Source: Octopus bimaculoides (taxonomy: Eukaryota). Taken from it: a stretch of DNA of 64,000 nt. The position numbers and the translations under genes are program-made. Where the stretch lies: contig NC_068982.1 in the NCBI RefSeq assembly GCF_001194135.2, positions 158,979,604 through 159,043,603 of the forward strand. The letters run 5' to 3'. Below the pieces are notes generated by a model. The model had not been told where the DNA came from, did not search any database, and saw only the letters and a program-made list of their open reading frames with translations. How positions within the stretch are numbered: position 1 is the stretch's first letter; each line of letters opens with the position of its first letter. Shown in pieces: positions 1-13,990 of the stretch.

Positions 1-398
1 AAGACAGTTATCATAAAAAAAATGTAATGCATTACATGGTATGCCAAACCGTAGTAGTTAAACGGACATCAATACACAAACTGTTATGCATTTATTTGAA
101 GATTCCTCTATTGTTTTCTGACAATTCAATGTAACTATTAACACAACCGAAAAATATAGAGAATACACAATCATGCAATACCTAAAACGTTTAAGAAGCA
201 AAACAAAAAGAAACGAAAAGAAATCACCAGCTCCTGTGACAAGAACATTTATCTCTTGACATTTTAACATTTCACGTCATGTACAGTACTTATTACTATT
301 ATTTTCATTTTATTTTGTTTTTGTTGTTGTTGATATTCCTTGCTATGTTCTTCTCTCTTTGCAGGTTTTTAAACATACATTTGTTATATTGGTCTTAT

Positions 399-1193
399 TT
401 AATATCCCTAAAGCATGATAAATAAAAAAAGCAAAAATAAACGTAAGATATTATATGGGTTTTATATATATGTATGTGCCAAGAAAAAACCGCTATTATA
501 TAAGCATTTAAAGTATACCTCGTTGTCTTTTTTCATTAACAGGTAACGAAGTAAGGAGGAGGTAATGCAAACCAAATGTCTTTTCATTTTTTTATTAAGT
601 GGTTGGCGCTTCATTTCCACAGACATATAGTCACATTCATATCTTTAGTTACCAACTGCATTTATAATCTGTCACACAAACACATACATAATAACTTATT
701 CCCATGCATACCCATACAAAAACATCACATACACACTATATACACAGATATATATATATATGTATATATATATATCTGTGAGTGTGAGTATTTGTGTTTG
801 CATATGTGCAATTGCTGTTGTGAACATGAATTGCGGCTTACATTTAAGTCCAGTAGTGTGTATGTGATGTTTTTGTATGGGTATGCATGGGAATAAGTTA
901 TTATGTATGTGTTTGTGTGACAGATTATAAATGCAGTTGGTAACTAAAGATATGAATGGGACTATATGTCTGTGGAAATGAAGCGCCAACCACTTAATAA
1001 AAAAATGAAAAGACATTTGGTTTGCATTACCTCCTCCTTACTTCGTTACCTGTTAATGAAAAAAGACAACGAGGTATACTTTAAATGCTTATATAATAGC
1101 GGTTTTTTCTTGGCACATACATATATATAAAACCCATATAATATCTTACGTTTATTTTTGCTTTTTTTATTTCTCATGCTTTAGGGATATTAA
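399..1193. repeat. Near-identical 340-bp inverted duplication (arms 399-738 and 854-1193) ending at an N-gap
   Basis: The arms are reverse complements with at least two substitutions (gata/gaga, tcac/tccc). ORFs 576..896(+) and 696..1016(-) share the same N-terminal peptide. The right arm stops exactly at the gap 1194-1393. Confidence 0.9.
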
Positions 1194-1393
1194 NNNNNNN
1201 NNNNNNNNNNNNNNNNNNNNNNNNNNNNNNNNNNNNNNNNNNNNNNNNNNNNNNNNNNNNNNNNNNNNNNNNNNNNNNNNNNNNNNNNNNNNNNNNNNNN
1301 NNNNNNNNNNNNNNNNNNNNNNNNNNNNNNNNNNNNNNNNNNNNNNNNNNNNNNNNNNNNNNNNNNNNNNNNNNNNNNNNNNNNNNNNNNNNN

Positions 1394-1434
<41 letters not shown>

Positions 1435-3439
1435 ATAACATACGTACATATACACAGACGTGTGTTCCTTGCTTGTTTGGTGTGTATGTATGTGTGTGTG
1501 ACTATGTGGGGAGAATGACGCATACCTAAAATGACGCCTCCGATATTTGTGGTTGGGAATCGGATGAAATTTAATCAATAGTTGTTTGTCTTCGACTTTT
1601 ACTTTCATAATTTCGCATGTGACCATAGTATTTATTCAATTTGTGATAGAAATATAGTCCCACAGACTATGGGATAGAACATCAATATAGTTCTATAGAC
1701 TATGAAATAGAACATCATATAAAATACAAGATACAGTGGTACTGTGAGAGAAAGATTAAACAAGAGAGAACAGAATAGATAGTAACATTAATCGATGGAC
1801 TTGGGAGGAAATATATCATAGATGTTCTCACAGAGAATACAAAGAGAGTTACTGCTTGTGAAAAATTGAATTATAAGGATTAAAATATGAACAGCTGTAG
1901 ATATAGAAGGAAACGTGATGTCAAGACCGGGACACCGAGATGACCATGGAAAATTAAAAAAAATATGCGGGAAGTGATAATTTCATGACTTTAGTATTTA
2001 ATTTTCGAAGGACAGTTTGACAGTAACTGCAAGCAAAGGATAATTCTAGACGTATTTCTATCTATTAGATCTAAAGAGTTTGAACAGATCTTCATAAAAT
2101 ATCGATTATTTCTCACATATGGAAAATGATTTACGTATATTTTGGACCTCGAGTAATTTGTAATTACAAATAACCTTAAAGATAAATTGATTATGCACAG
2201 TAATATATTAAAATATAGTCTTAGCAATTTTGCTACATACATGGAATTGACGAAACTTTTCTACTGAGGTCATATACGTCGTAATATATTCATCTTAACC
2301 CTTGCTTGCAATCAATGAAGGTTTTGTCTCTTCATGAAGAATGTAAAGTTATTATAGCGAGGGAGGAAGTTGAACTGAGAAAAAAAGATGGATATTAAGA
2401 CATAGAGTGAGTTAGAGATCGGAAATTAGACGGGGAGATACAAAGAAATATGTAGCCATCAGATAGGCGAGAAAGTATTCAGAACTATAGAGCAAATTGT
2501 CTAATGTAATAACAGAGCAAAGTAGACAATGAGAATTCAAAAGGAAGAGAAAGAAAAGAAAACCAAGGTGAGAGAAAAGGAAGGTGAGTGATATAGAAAG
2601 AAGAGCACATCCAGGGAGAGATGAAGCTGCGAAAGTTAATATTAAACAGAAGTCAAATATGTAATGTGAACGGGTGAGAAGTTGAGTGAAAGATGGAGAA
2701 TAAGAATCACAGTAAATTTGGCAAATACAGCAAAGAAGAAAGATACGAAATGATATATATGCAGATTTAAGTTTTGTTAGGTCGTAGGTCTCTTTCCTTT
2801 CATCAATCTAGAGGATCTCGAAAAAAAAATGGATTATGGGTGGGGTGTAATTTCTTCCCTGTGTAAAAAGTAGAACAAAAATCAGCAATAAATACACAAA
2901 ATAATAAGTCACTGTGCAAAAGTATCTTCCTTGACCGACAAAATTTCCCAGAATGTCATTTATGGCTAAAACAATGAAAAAACTGTTTCGGTGAATGAGA
3001 AGGAAAAAGAAACGAGATGAAATGAAAAAAGGGGTTACAAATTAAGAACTTAAGCGAAACCAGAGAGAGTGGTCGTCTGTGCGAACTAAAATATAGAATA
3101 TATTGAATAAAATGTAAAATGTATACAGGGCAATGTTTATATTAGTAAATAATGTGTTAAACTTATCCACGAAACAAAGCGAAAAAAATTAATAAATAAG
3201 CGATTCCCTAATAATGTAGACTACATGGTGCTATCATACGTAGTAGAGTGGTATCACCGGTCTTCTGTGTACGATAGTAGATTTCATTATATCTCATGGT
3301 CATTTATGTGTGCAAATGCTCGTAAGAGTATATTTGAGGTACGTAGTATATGCGAAGGCGACTTACAAACTCTTGAGACAAGAGCTTAATGAGTAAACTT
3401 GCGCCAATTACTTATACACACACACATTCGAACATACAT

Positions 3440-3486
<47 letters not shown>

Positions 3487-3680
3487 TGCATACATATATC
3501 TGTTGCGTGAGTGAGTTTCTAAGCGTGTGTGAGGGTGTCCGTGAATTCGCGCTCGGTTGATGTCAATGTGTGTAGATAAGTGATGCACATTGAGGTAGCA
3601 CCAGTATATTTGGGACGTGCAGTAAATGGAAGAGTCCTGTACGTCTGTCCATATGTCTGTGTAGTTTGTGTGTATGATGG

Positions 3681-3722
<42 letters not shown>

Positions 3723-4825
3723 TGTGTGTGTGTGCGTCTNNNNNNNNNNTGTGTGTGTGTGTGTGTGTGTGTATGTGTGTGTGTGTGTGTGCGTCTGTGT
3801 GTGTGTGTGTGTGTGTGTGTGTATTGGTGCGCATGTGTATATTTGTACATGTGAGCATATTTATATATGTGAGTCACTAAAGATGGTACAGGTGTATATA
3901 AATACAAATAGCCGAGAGAATGTAAAGGAAGCGAGGATGCAATACACACTATTACATTGAATGAAGCAAGATTCAGAAATATGTTCAGATGTGTTTTTAT
4001 TTATATTTTATCCTGATTTCACCGTGTATTGTTATTCTCTCTAAAGGTAAAACAAACAAAAAGAAATCTCATTTTTTTTTATTTTATTCACTTTTTAATT
4101 ATTTATTTATTTAACTATTTATTTTTTGTAAACGGTGCTTAATAACATTTGGTAATAGATGAGTTGGAATAAATATTTTAAGAAATAGTGAGTCATTTTT
4201 TCTCCGTTGGCATTTTACATTGTTGTCTTTCATTAGTTTTATCATTATTTAAGCATTTTAAATTCTTTAAAAATAAATTGCTTAACTCTCTCTTAAGAGC
4301 TAGTTTTATTGCAGTCTCCAAATAGAGTTGAGTAGAGAAGAATGGATTTGGCACAAAAGCTGCTGTGTGAGTGATAATGACAATCGTTTACAATAATCGA
4401 TAGCAATTCTTTGGTTTTCATTTGATACATAAAGAAAAGAGAAATAACAAATTCCTTAGATAAATACCAAATAATAGACAACGTTTTTGATAGTTCAGAT
4501 AAAAATAAAACAATGACCTGTAAAACATTGCAATGATTGGTTGCTTTTAAAGTGTTCGTGAGAGTAAATAGAGAATATATATCGTTTTCGTTTTACATCT
4601 ACTAAAAAGCTATATATATATTCATGAAAACGTATACAAGATTGTATGCGTGAATGTGTCTATCTGTCTCCTTTGTAATTCAACCCTTACCATTATTTGA
4701 CGTCTTGTATAATAGGGTTTGTAAATTCTCGTTCATCTGATCCAAATTGTCTTAGCAAAGTTAAAGTATGGTCATGAACTGTTAGATATTATTGCCGCAC
4801 TGAGTATATTGCCATGCTACATATA

Positions 4826-5235
4826 TTCTTTTATTCTTATACTTATGTCAGTCATTTGACTGTGGTCATGCTGGAGCACCGCCTTTAGCGGAACAAATCG
4901 ATACGAGGATTTATTCTTTGTAAGCCTAGTACATATTATATCGGTTACTTATGCCGAAACGATAAGTTACGGGGACATAAACACACCAACGTCGATTTGT
5001 CAAGCGATGGTGAGAGCACAAACACAGACACACACATACATATATGTGTGTATATATATATATATTTATATATATATGACGGGCTTCTTTCAGTTTCCGT
5101 TTACCAAGTCCACTCGGAAGGCTTTGTTCGACTCGAGGCTATAGTAGAAGACACTTGCACAAGGTGTCACGCAGTGGGACTGACCGGGAGCATGCGGTTG
5201 GGAAGCAAGCTACTTAGCACACAGCCATGCCTGTA
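4826..5235 (-). mobile_element. tRNA-derived CORE-like SINE (family A, octopus OR-like), full length
   Basis: Minus strand: A-box-like TGGCTGTGTG head, B-box-like GGTCAGTCCC, CORE-like ACCTTGTGCAAGTG, an internal TA/CA microsatellite and the 3' tail GGCGGTGCTCCAGCATGACCACAGTC. Homologous to copies at 29.8, 31.9, 38.7, 53.9 and 55.7 kb. Confidence 0.9.
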
Positions 5236-5638
5236 ATTACACATACGTTCATATATACATATATTTATTCGCATGTACATCTAGCCATCCACACATATAT
5301 GTATGTATGCATGCATGTGTGTATGTATGCGTGTATTTATACATGTATACATATAAGTATGTGTGTGTGTTTTTATGTTTTAACGGGAGTGTGCTGATGT
5401 TTTATGTATGAGTGTGCCTTACCAAAACGGAACCGATGTGATTTCATGGTATTTTGAGGGAATATCTTATACCACTGTGTAGAAATAGAGTGTCAGTAAC
5501 GAGGTTTAAGATGCACAATTAAAGACAAGTGTATGCCATCTTCTTGCTAATAAGCCATCTAATGAATCAAGTTCTTTTGTATGGACAATTAATGACTTAT
5601 ACTTCCATACCGTCACAGAAATACAAAACACGTATATA

Positions 5639-6818
5639 TTGGGTCATTCCATAAATGATGTGGTTATTTATACTTCTTTTATTTTTCAAAATTAAGAAAC
5701 ACATTCTAAAAGATACTCTCCTACATTTTCTAAAATGATCTTCCCTCTACCCGGTTGACTTGCAAAGCTCCTCTTCCAAAATTCACTTCTCCGTGACGAA
5801 AAATACTCCTCCTGTACTGTTCTGACCTCGTGTACAGAGTTCACATTTTTTTTCCGTCCAAATGCTTTTGAAGACTCTGTAATAAATGATAAACAGATGG
5901 TGCAGGGTCCGGCGAATATGGTGGGTGAGGCATCGTTTCCCATTCAAACTGCTCCAGCCTTTGGAATGTCATCCTCGTTGTATGTGGCCGAACATTATCT
6001 TGATGGAAGAACAACTTACGTTTTGATAAAAAAAAAAAAACAGTCGTTCTTCTAACGTTGACTTAAAACGCTCAAAGCTGCACGCATTAGAACTTTCTTA
6101 TCTTTTGGGTTGGGACTAAACCTTTAATATTCCACCATACAAATAACAATAGTACACGTGAGTGAACACCTTCTTTAGCGTGGGGTGCCAGTGTTTCTCC
6201 TTTCCCTAACCATTGTCTTCAGCGCTTGACAATTTTATAGAGAACACATTTCTCGTCACCACTTACTATTCAGTCCAAAAACGGTTCAATCTTCAGACGT
6301 GACAGCAAAGGACAGCACACATTCACTCTCTGAGCGCGATTAGATTCGGAAAGTTAGTAGGGAACCAATTGACCCGATTAGCCGAATTTTCCGATGGCAT
6401 GCAGGTGTCGATGAATGGTTGAATGACCAAATCCTAATTCAAGCTTGTAAGCTAGTACCACAGAAGTTGCGATTGGATTTTAATACACCAGGATTTTGTT
6501 CCACCTGCTCTAGAGATCTTCCAGGACGAAGCTCGTCTTCTAGGCTGTAGTTACGGGCTCGGACTTTCTGGCTTACGATTATTGTCCGATCGCCATATAC
6601 TGCATTAATATTCCTTGAACTTTCCTTTGCCTTGCTGGCTTTCTTAAACTCATAAAGCAAAATATGCCGAATATGCTCCTTTCTCACTTCCATTAGAGCT
6701 TTGAAAAAAATAATTGTTATAATCGAATTGCACTCTTCGAAACTTGCACTAACAATAAATACAAGGGAAAATTACCACCTGCTTTTATAGCAAGTTGATG
6801 AAGGTAGTTTATACCGTA
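5639..6818 (-). mobile_element. Decayed mariner (DD34D) transposon with frameshifted transposase
   Basis: Minus-strand pieces read MEVRKEHIRHILLYEF (HTH), IVSGDEK, LLFVWWNIKG, HQDNVRPH, HPPYSPD and EFWKRSF. One TIR-like end (TA|TTGGGTCATTCCATAAATGATGTGG) starts at 5639; the partner TIR was not found. Confidence 0.92.
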
Positions 6819-6826
6819 TATATATA

Positions 6827-7713
6827 CAGGGGTTGGACAAAATAATGGAAACACTTAAAATTTCAAACAAATTTATTTTAATACGGGGTAAGGCTGCCTT
6901 TGGCAGTAATTGCAGCTTGGAATCTATGAGGTATGGACTCGTACAAAGACTGAATTGTTTCCGAAGGAATTTTTGTCCATTCTTCAGCTAAAACAATGAT
7001 GATGGTGGAGGATATCGACTCATTTGTTTTTTCTAAAATGCACCATAACTGTTCAATAATATTGACATGTGTGGACTTTGGTGGCCAGATAAGATGCTCA
7101 GCTTCGCTGGAATCTTCCTCATGCCATTTAGTAACGACTTTAGCTGTGTGAGTTGGTGCATTATCATCCCGAGAGATTGTGTTTCCCTCCGGAAAGAGTT
7201 CCGCAACATTCGTATGAATTTGATCAGATAAAATGCTTAAATATTCTTGACTATTCTGCCATGAATGGAAACCATTGCACCGGCGGATTTCCAAGATATA
7301 CCTCCCTAGATCATCACGAATCCTCCTCCATGTTTAACAGTTGGGAAAAGGCAGTTTCAGTCAAATGCTTTGTCTGGCTGTCTCCACACGTATACTCGGC
7401 CGGTGGTTAGAAATAAGATAAAAGATGACTCGTCCGAGAAAATAACATTCTTCAACTGCTCTAGGGACCAGTTCTGTAGGTCTTAAACAGCCCTCTAAAC
7501 GTTTTGCAACTGTTCACTTTTGAAAGTAGTGGTTTTCTGATTATAGCCCTCCCGTGAAATCTAGCTAAGTGCATCTCCCGGCGAACAGTCTTTGTAAAAA
7601 CTGGGTGGTTGTTAAACTCTGCAGTAAAATTTGGGAGCTGTGCCTTTGTAATCCTTTCTAACAATTCGCGTAAGTGTCCGATGGTCTCTATCTGAAGGCT
7701 TTGGTTTCTTCCG
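6827..7713 (-). mobile_element. Tc1-family (DD34E) transposon remnant: 3' end plus catalytic domain
   Basis: TA|CAGGGGTTGGACAAAATAATGGAAAC TIR at 6827. Minus-strand motifs RKPLLSK, VIFSDESS, DDNAPTH, WPPKSTHVNIIEQLW and the end KGSLTPY* (ORF 6878..7294). The 5' part is missing. Confidence 0.92.
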
Positions 7714-8744
7714 GGCTTTTTTTTCTCCGTTTTTTATTTTCCGTCCTTGTTTTCGTATATGTTCGCTGCTTTCTCCCAAGGAATCTAATGCTCTTAGCTT
7801 AGTTTTTCCTTGGGTCTGGCCAGATTGGAGCAATCTACAGTATAACCAGCCGAAATTGCAACGATAATCTGGAACTCGACTGAGGAAAGAAAGCTCCGAA
7901 TGACCCGTCCTTGTTTTCTTTGTATTGTCTATCTAGATGTTTTGTTGACCCTTTTTTGTATTCAATATCTACGCTTTCTTTGAGTATGTAGTTGCTTCTG
8001 GCTACTCGAACACACTTACATCTGTTCTCTTCCGTCACTAAAAAAATTTTGAAGCCCCTTATTCTCCCGAAATACAAATTTCAAAATTTAAAACACATTT
8101 TACAACTTAAATCAGCTACAGATGTACAGTTATCGAAAAATGCATTGCGACTAAGCTGTAGAGCGCAGCCTATACTTTAACAAATTTAGAATGATATTAA
8201 AAATCTCAAAGTGAACATTTGCCACTTAAAAATACACCCATTAAACGCTGTAAAACTAGGATTGTTTATATATTCATTTAGTTCTGTATCCATGATAACA
8301 AATACAAATAATATTTGAAACACTTCAATTTAGTCTATAGTTCTCATGGTTCGCTGTTGTATATTTCCAACAGTAATTATAGCATTGCAAAACACGCCTA
8401 TTAGATACTGTAACAGCAGTAATGATGTATATGTTTAATTTGTTTATGTATCCGTGAAGACGAACACATAAAGCAAGTGGAAAGAGTAAGCCAGGTATTC
8501 TTCAAATTATGTTTCTATTACGAAATCCACTACCACTCCCATATGTTTAAAATAGTAAACTTCTATGGCTGCTGCTACATCTGTTACATATTTTGACGTG
8601 AATTTTTTGACATTCCTAATCAGCTCCGCCGATTCAAAAACCATCATAGAGTAAAGAATATGTTTGAAATTTTAATATTCTATCCCGTTAGAGCGTCGAG
8701 CTGGCAGAATCGTCAGCGCCCCACCAACACCACCATCACCATCA

Positions 8745-8985
8745 ACACCTACAAATTGCTCAACGGTTATCATCTAGGTTTGCTATAAATGCGAACAAAA
8801 ATTCAAATTGAGGGAATAGAGTAGGTAAAATCCAGGCTACATAAGTTTCTTCGCAAGCAGAACATCGGAAGTAATATTTACTCAACTAGGGTTACTCCAC
8901 TAGCTACTCACCATGCCGAAGATACCTTAGTTAAATGATGGCTACATTGTCGTCAAGGGAGCTCGATTGAACTGATAGGAAATGT
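8745..8985 (+). mobile_element. Possible highly decayed CR1-like LINE C-terminal fragment
   Basis: Reads TYKLLNGY and NIYSTRV, resembling the CR1 ORF2 C-terminal motifs TYKILNG and FFSNRV. Short and degenerate. Confidence 0.3.
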
Positions 8986-9641
8986 AACTTAAAATGACTG
9001 GTGAAACCGGAAAAATGGCAATGTAACCTTCATTTAACTTCGACCTGATGTAAAAAAATATTACTTCCGAGATTCTTCTAGCTAGGAAACATATGTAGAC
9101 TGGACGTTACCTACTCCAATACCTCAATTTAAATTATATATATATAAACTATGATAATTCTCGCAACGCAATTTCCTTCCAGGTTCGCATTTGTTACATC
9201 AATTCTTACTAACCAATTCTCCCTCGGAGAAGCCTGCGCACGTCAACTACTCCAGAACACTTTTTTAGATTATTTTCTACCTCATCTGCAATTTAATTCC
9301 TAAATTCAGCCGCATGCAACAAATGATCATATGATGTATGGCCTACCTTCGTAGACCCCCATCTGTCGCGGTATGTCAATAGTCAACAAAATCAAGAACA
9401 ACATAAGTATATGACGTTCTCAGAATGCATAATCGTCATCATATATTTTAATGTTCAGTCAAGTTACCGGAATCATATGAATTTATTGATCATTAAGATG
9501 AATCAGTATACCGTCAAGTGAAATATCAATCATGCCAGGTAAATGTACCGAGATGGGGTATGATGTGCATACATGCAGTAACGTATCATTTACACTGTGA
9601 TAACGCGCGTGAGTGCATGCATAATACAATAGTGCGTGTAT

Positions 9642-9643
<2 letters not shown>

Positions 9644-9695
<52 letters not shown>

Positions 9696-9732
9696 GGATA
9701 GATAGATAAATAGATAGATAGATGGATAGATA
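9644..9732. repeat. (GATA)n microsatellite
   Basis: Directly visible. Confidence 0.95.
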
Positions 9733-10122
9733 CATGTGAGTACGTCTGTGTATTTATAGATGCACATACGTATATGTATATGGGTGAGAGAGATAGGAAG
9801 GGAGATAATATTGTAACATAATGCTTTCGTAATATATGCAAGTTTTAATTTTCCTAAGTCAGGTCAGGTTGTCTGTTGCAGGATTTATGTTGCACACATA
9901 AGTATATACATACACTCACACATATACATGTAACCACGCAACCACACATACAGACACACACACACACACATACATAGATAAATATATTTCTTAACATAAA
10001 CGTGGGATCACATGAACATAGTAAGTTGAGAAATCTGCCAGTTTATTGTTTCTAATACATTACGTATTAATTCTGACGTCTCGGTTTCTGAGTTCAAATA
10101 ACTTCAAGACTTAAGCACAAAA

Positions 10123-10160
<38 letters not shown>

Positions 10161-10801
10161 ACACACACACACACACGCATGCTCAACCTTCAAAAATTAA
10201 AGAACAAAGGTGTTATTATCTTTGCCATTATCATCATCAGCTGCTGTAGCAGCACTATCAGTAAGTGTAGCCGCAAAAGAAGCAACTGTCGTAACAGAAT
10301 CAACAGTAACAAATAAATGATCCCTTCAAGGAACAACTCAGCGAATGTGGATGTCCTCTATGACGTCGCACTCCCCCTTCAAAATAGCAACAACGACCTC
10401 TATGAAATCATACATTACCTTAGAGCGCTTGAGTAACGTAGTCTTAAGTGAACATCACATGGAACTACAAGGAATAATCGTGGCTAAGTGACCATTGTAC
10501 TTATATTCGCTTGAGAAAGTCAGTGTTGATGCTAAACAATAAAACAACTGTTGATTTCGTTATTAGCTATACCACAAACATTCTTATTAATGATATTGTT
10601 GCAATGAGTGTGAGGAATATTTTTAACAGTTCTAGTGTTTTGTTCGGATATAATCTAGAGAGTAAGGAAAACTGTTGTCAATAATGATGAGACGAAGCTA
10701 TAGTAAAATACATAAGTCACCGTCGAGTCGAATAGCAAAAAACATGATTCAACTTCGAATGGAATTCCAAAGTACAGTTTTAGAATGGTGTGTAGGTGTG
10801 T

Positions 10802-10802
<1 letters not shown>

Positions 10803-10845
<43 letters not shown>

Positions 10846-10903
10846 AAAAGAGAGAGAAAGAAAAAGAGAGAAAAAGAAAAAGAGAGAGAAAGAAAAAGAG
10901 AGA
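10803..10903. repeat. (GA)n / GA-rich simple repeat
   Basis: Directly visible. Confidence 0.9.
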
Positions 10904-11639
10904 GGTAGAAACACCGTGGCCAATTACCTGCAAGGTAAGAAAAGAAAAAAACTAATTTGGAATGAAAGCCATTCATCGTTCAGAATATGTGGACTACAAG
11001 CATAAAAACCATCAAGCTTAAAAGAAACAAAAATAAAGTGTACTAGATTGCAACATCTCTTACAATTATAAGTACATAGACAAGGTTGTATTTACATATT
11101 ACTTAATATGTGTATGTGTATACACGCACACACTCACAGATACCTACTGATAAGCACACATATATACGTATATATTACGTATGCACACATATACCGATAC
11201 ACTCGCACATATGCATATAATATATGAAAACACACAAGTATTGGGTGACAAAAATGCAAGCTAGTTTCAGAACATTTAACAATAGCGTACCCAGAATAAG
11301 TTAGCCGAGAGCATCATCATTGAAGTAAATGCAATATCATCATATCAAGGTGAACTGTTTAACTTAACCTTACCACAAATAATCAATATTACATCTGTAC
11401 AATGGATATAATTTCATTGACAAATGTCACATAGGAATTACGGTTCTTACATCGCTAAACATAATATTTATTCTATGAAATGTAGCTAAAATTACATACT
11501 CTGTGTACAAGTGGATATCACAGAAAATATAAGTTAGTAACCAGTTTAAAGGCTAAACTACACAAACTATTTACATGCTAACTACCCCCTGTCAGTGTTA
11601 ATTCAAATTTAAAAAGACAAACGATATATTTTCTTTTGA

Positions 11640-12342
11640 AGGCATCTTATAGCTGTTAAACTTGTTGTTTTAATCCGGTGCAGCCATACTCGATTATACT
11701 TATCATCAAAGTATTTCCAGTTGTGTTCTTCCGTCTTGTACATTCGGGAATAGTGTTTATACTTTATTCAAAGTATTGTTCGTTTTAAACTCCAATGTAG
11801 GATGTAGTGTGAATGGAGATCTGGCTATCTTTTCTAAAAAGTCGAACAGCCGATTAGATATTCTTTCATCGGTTCACTACTGAAGCTTTGTTTTTGTACT
11901 TTTGTTGGTGTTGTTTAGACACAAGTCAGCAGACATCAAGCAGATCTATACTGCAAAATGTTCCAGCTTTTAACACGTCATATCATTTTATTTTCTTCAC
12001 CAGTGCTGTGTCTATAACATATTTCTTCTATCTGGTTTGCCGGTGGCGTGGTCTTTGTTGCTACTGCTGTTGTTATGATCAAAGGTAGTTCAATCATTAA
12101 CAACCTCGTCTACATAATACAGTATAGCTTTTCTTTCGGAACATGACGGCGAGTAATTTGAGAGAGACTTGGATGCTGTTTCTACCAAGTCGCGACCACA
12201 TATGTATTCTATAGTTGGTTTGGTGGTAAACTGGGAATTCAGGGAATGACGTCTTCGATAGAATTACCAGAAGGTCGAAGTAGCGCATTATCTCAAGACA
12301 CAGATCTCGTTTATCCATATAAACACTACGTTCGAAAGGCAA
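11640..12342 (-). mobile_element. Penelope-like element reverse transcriptase remnant
   Basis: LSKTSF.EF..YHQTN...MWSRLG (compare PLE Q..G.AMGS.LG), YVDEVV at 12099-12116 (compare YIDD) and LHPTLEF at 11783-11806 (compare FHP.IKF). Frameshifted. Confidence 0.55.
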
Positions 12343-13399
12343 CTATATTCGAAAAATATAAGTAGATAATGGCTTTTCATATTCACAAATAAGGACAAAT
12401 TCATTCTCAAATACTTACACACGCATCTATATATTTGCTAGAATTAATGCATTTATATTCCAGCACTTACGTACGTGTATCCTTGTGAGATATCATTTTA
12501 ATGCATATCTTCTATATTATTATTTCTATGTCTTCAAAATGTATCACTACAGAAAAATGAATATAAAAAGACGGAATAATCTGTTTTATATTCACATTGT
12601 TCTAAAGAGAACAGAGACATTAATTTCATTTATTGAAATATGGTATTAAAAACATCCGATTAATTATGTATTTTAATGAGGATAGCAAAATGGAAACAGT
12701 TGGAGAACGTCGGATTAGATGCTCTAAAACACTTCTTTTCCGTTACACTTTGAATTCACTTTCTATTGGGATCAACTAGAAACAGCATCCTTAAAAAAGA
12801 CGTTTCTCCCACAAGAAAGTTTTAAAAATCAATATTTATACGCAATCTCATGATTTGAATGTGAATACGTGAATAAAGTAAGTTGGAGATATTTCAATTA
12901 TTGAATAAGGTTAATAAACTCACATCGCTCTGCTTACCACGCATGCCTAGTATCAGTCCACTGCATAGAAGTTTGAGAAGATGCTTTCTATCAGAGTTTC
13001 GTGTTACCCATTGTTTTATGAATTGAAACTGAGAAAACTCTAGTTTCTTTAATTATTTCTTGTGTGTGTCTATTACGTTAGTAACTTCCATGAATTACAA
13101 GAGAAAAAAATACTATCGATATATGCGAAACGCATAATCAAACACAAGCTAGATAACTACATATATACATATACAGAGACACATGTATGTGCAAGTCTGA
13201 GAATATAGAACATATAATTATCTGAATCTCGTGCTATATATACTTGTAGCTGTTTAGATGCATAACTAGCTCATCTTAATGCTATTTTTGTTGGTTGTTG
13301 AATTCTTTCAAGTATCGAACATGTCCCTAATGATTATTGCAAGTATTAAAGTAAGTAGAACAGTAACGAAGAAGCTAGACATGATGTTATATAAGGAAG

Positions 13400-13990
13400 C
13401 AGTTCGATCAGTTTTTTCCCAGAAATCCCGCATTTTAGATGGTCCTTAAATCTCTGAACCTTCTATGCGCGTGCAAAACGTGATACTCACATTTGACATG
13501 TCACCAGGAATCCGGACTTCTGAGCACAAGTCCCTAAAAGTCAAGTCAGGAAGCATATCAAGTACACACCACATGACAAAAATGTTTATCATACACCAGG
13601 ACTGCAAATATGCAAGCACACAACAGCGACTTCCTAAAATGACTCAGCGGGAAATTTACTTGGATAAGAACTTGTATCACAACAGGCCACCTCATCCAAA
13701 ACCATTATCGTAGCAGGTTGCTAAAGAAGCAAATAAACTCCTGGCCTGACTCCAACAGGAATCGTAAAAGTGCTGCACCTTTGTGCATAACGTTGTTCAG
13801 GGATCAATGTAGATTGCTGACCACCAAAGTATCTAGCCTGGCACACAAGCCATTCGGGATACCATGCAATTATCTGTGAATGTACGCTATACTTCACTGT
13901 GAACATGGTTGTTGTAGCTAGTGAGTCCTGGACCAATATTTTGTATTTGTTATATTCATCAAAAACTCAATTCAGCCCAAGATATCAGTT
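13400..13990 (-). mobile_element. Possible Gypsy LTR-retrotransposon integrase C-terminal remnant
   Basis: Degenerate SYNNHVHS (compare AYN.T.HS), PGD and GPSKMRDFWEK (compare GP.KL..FWE) occur in the expected order, with stops. Confidence 0.4.

Noticed and set aside
58-270. VLVTGAGDF resembling a Rossmann-fold motif
   Set aside because: Only a short motif; the surrounding sequence is low-complexity and lacks the full GxxGxxG.
576-1016. Two 106-aa ORFs with identical N-termini
   Set aside because: Products of the inverted duplication with simple-repeat content and no coding signature.
8692-8722. 30-bp match to the SINE-B head
   Set aside because: Too short to call as an element; no B-box or core follows.
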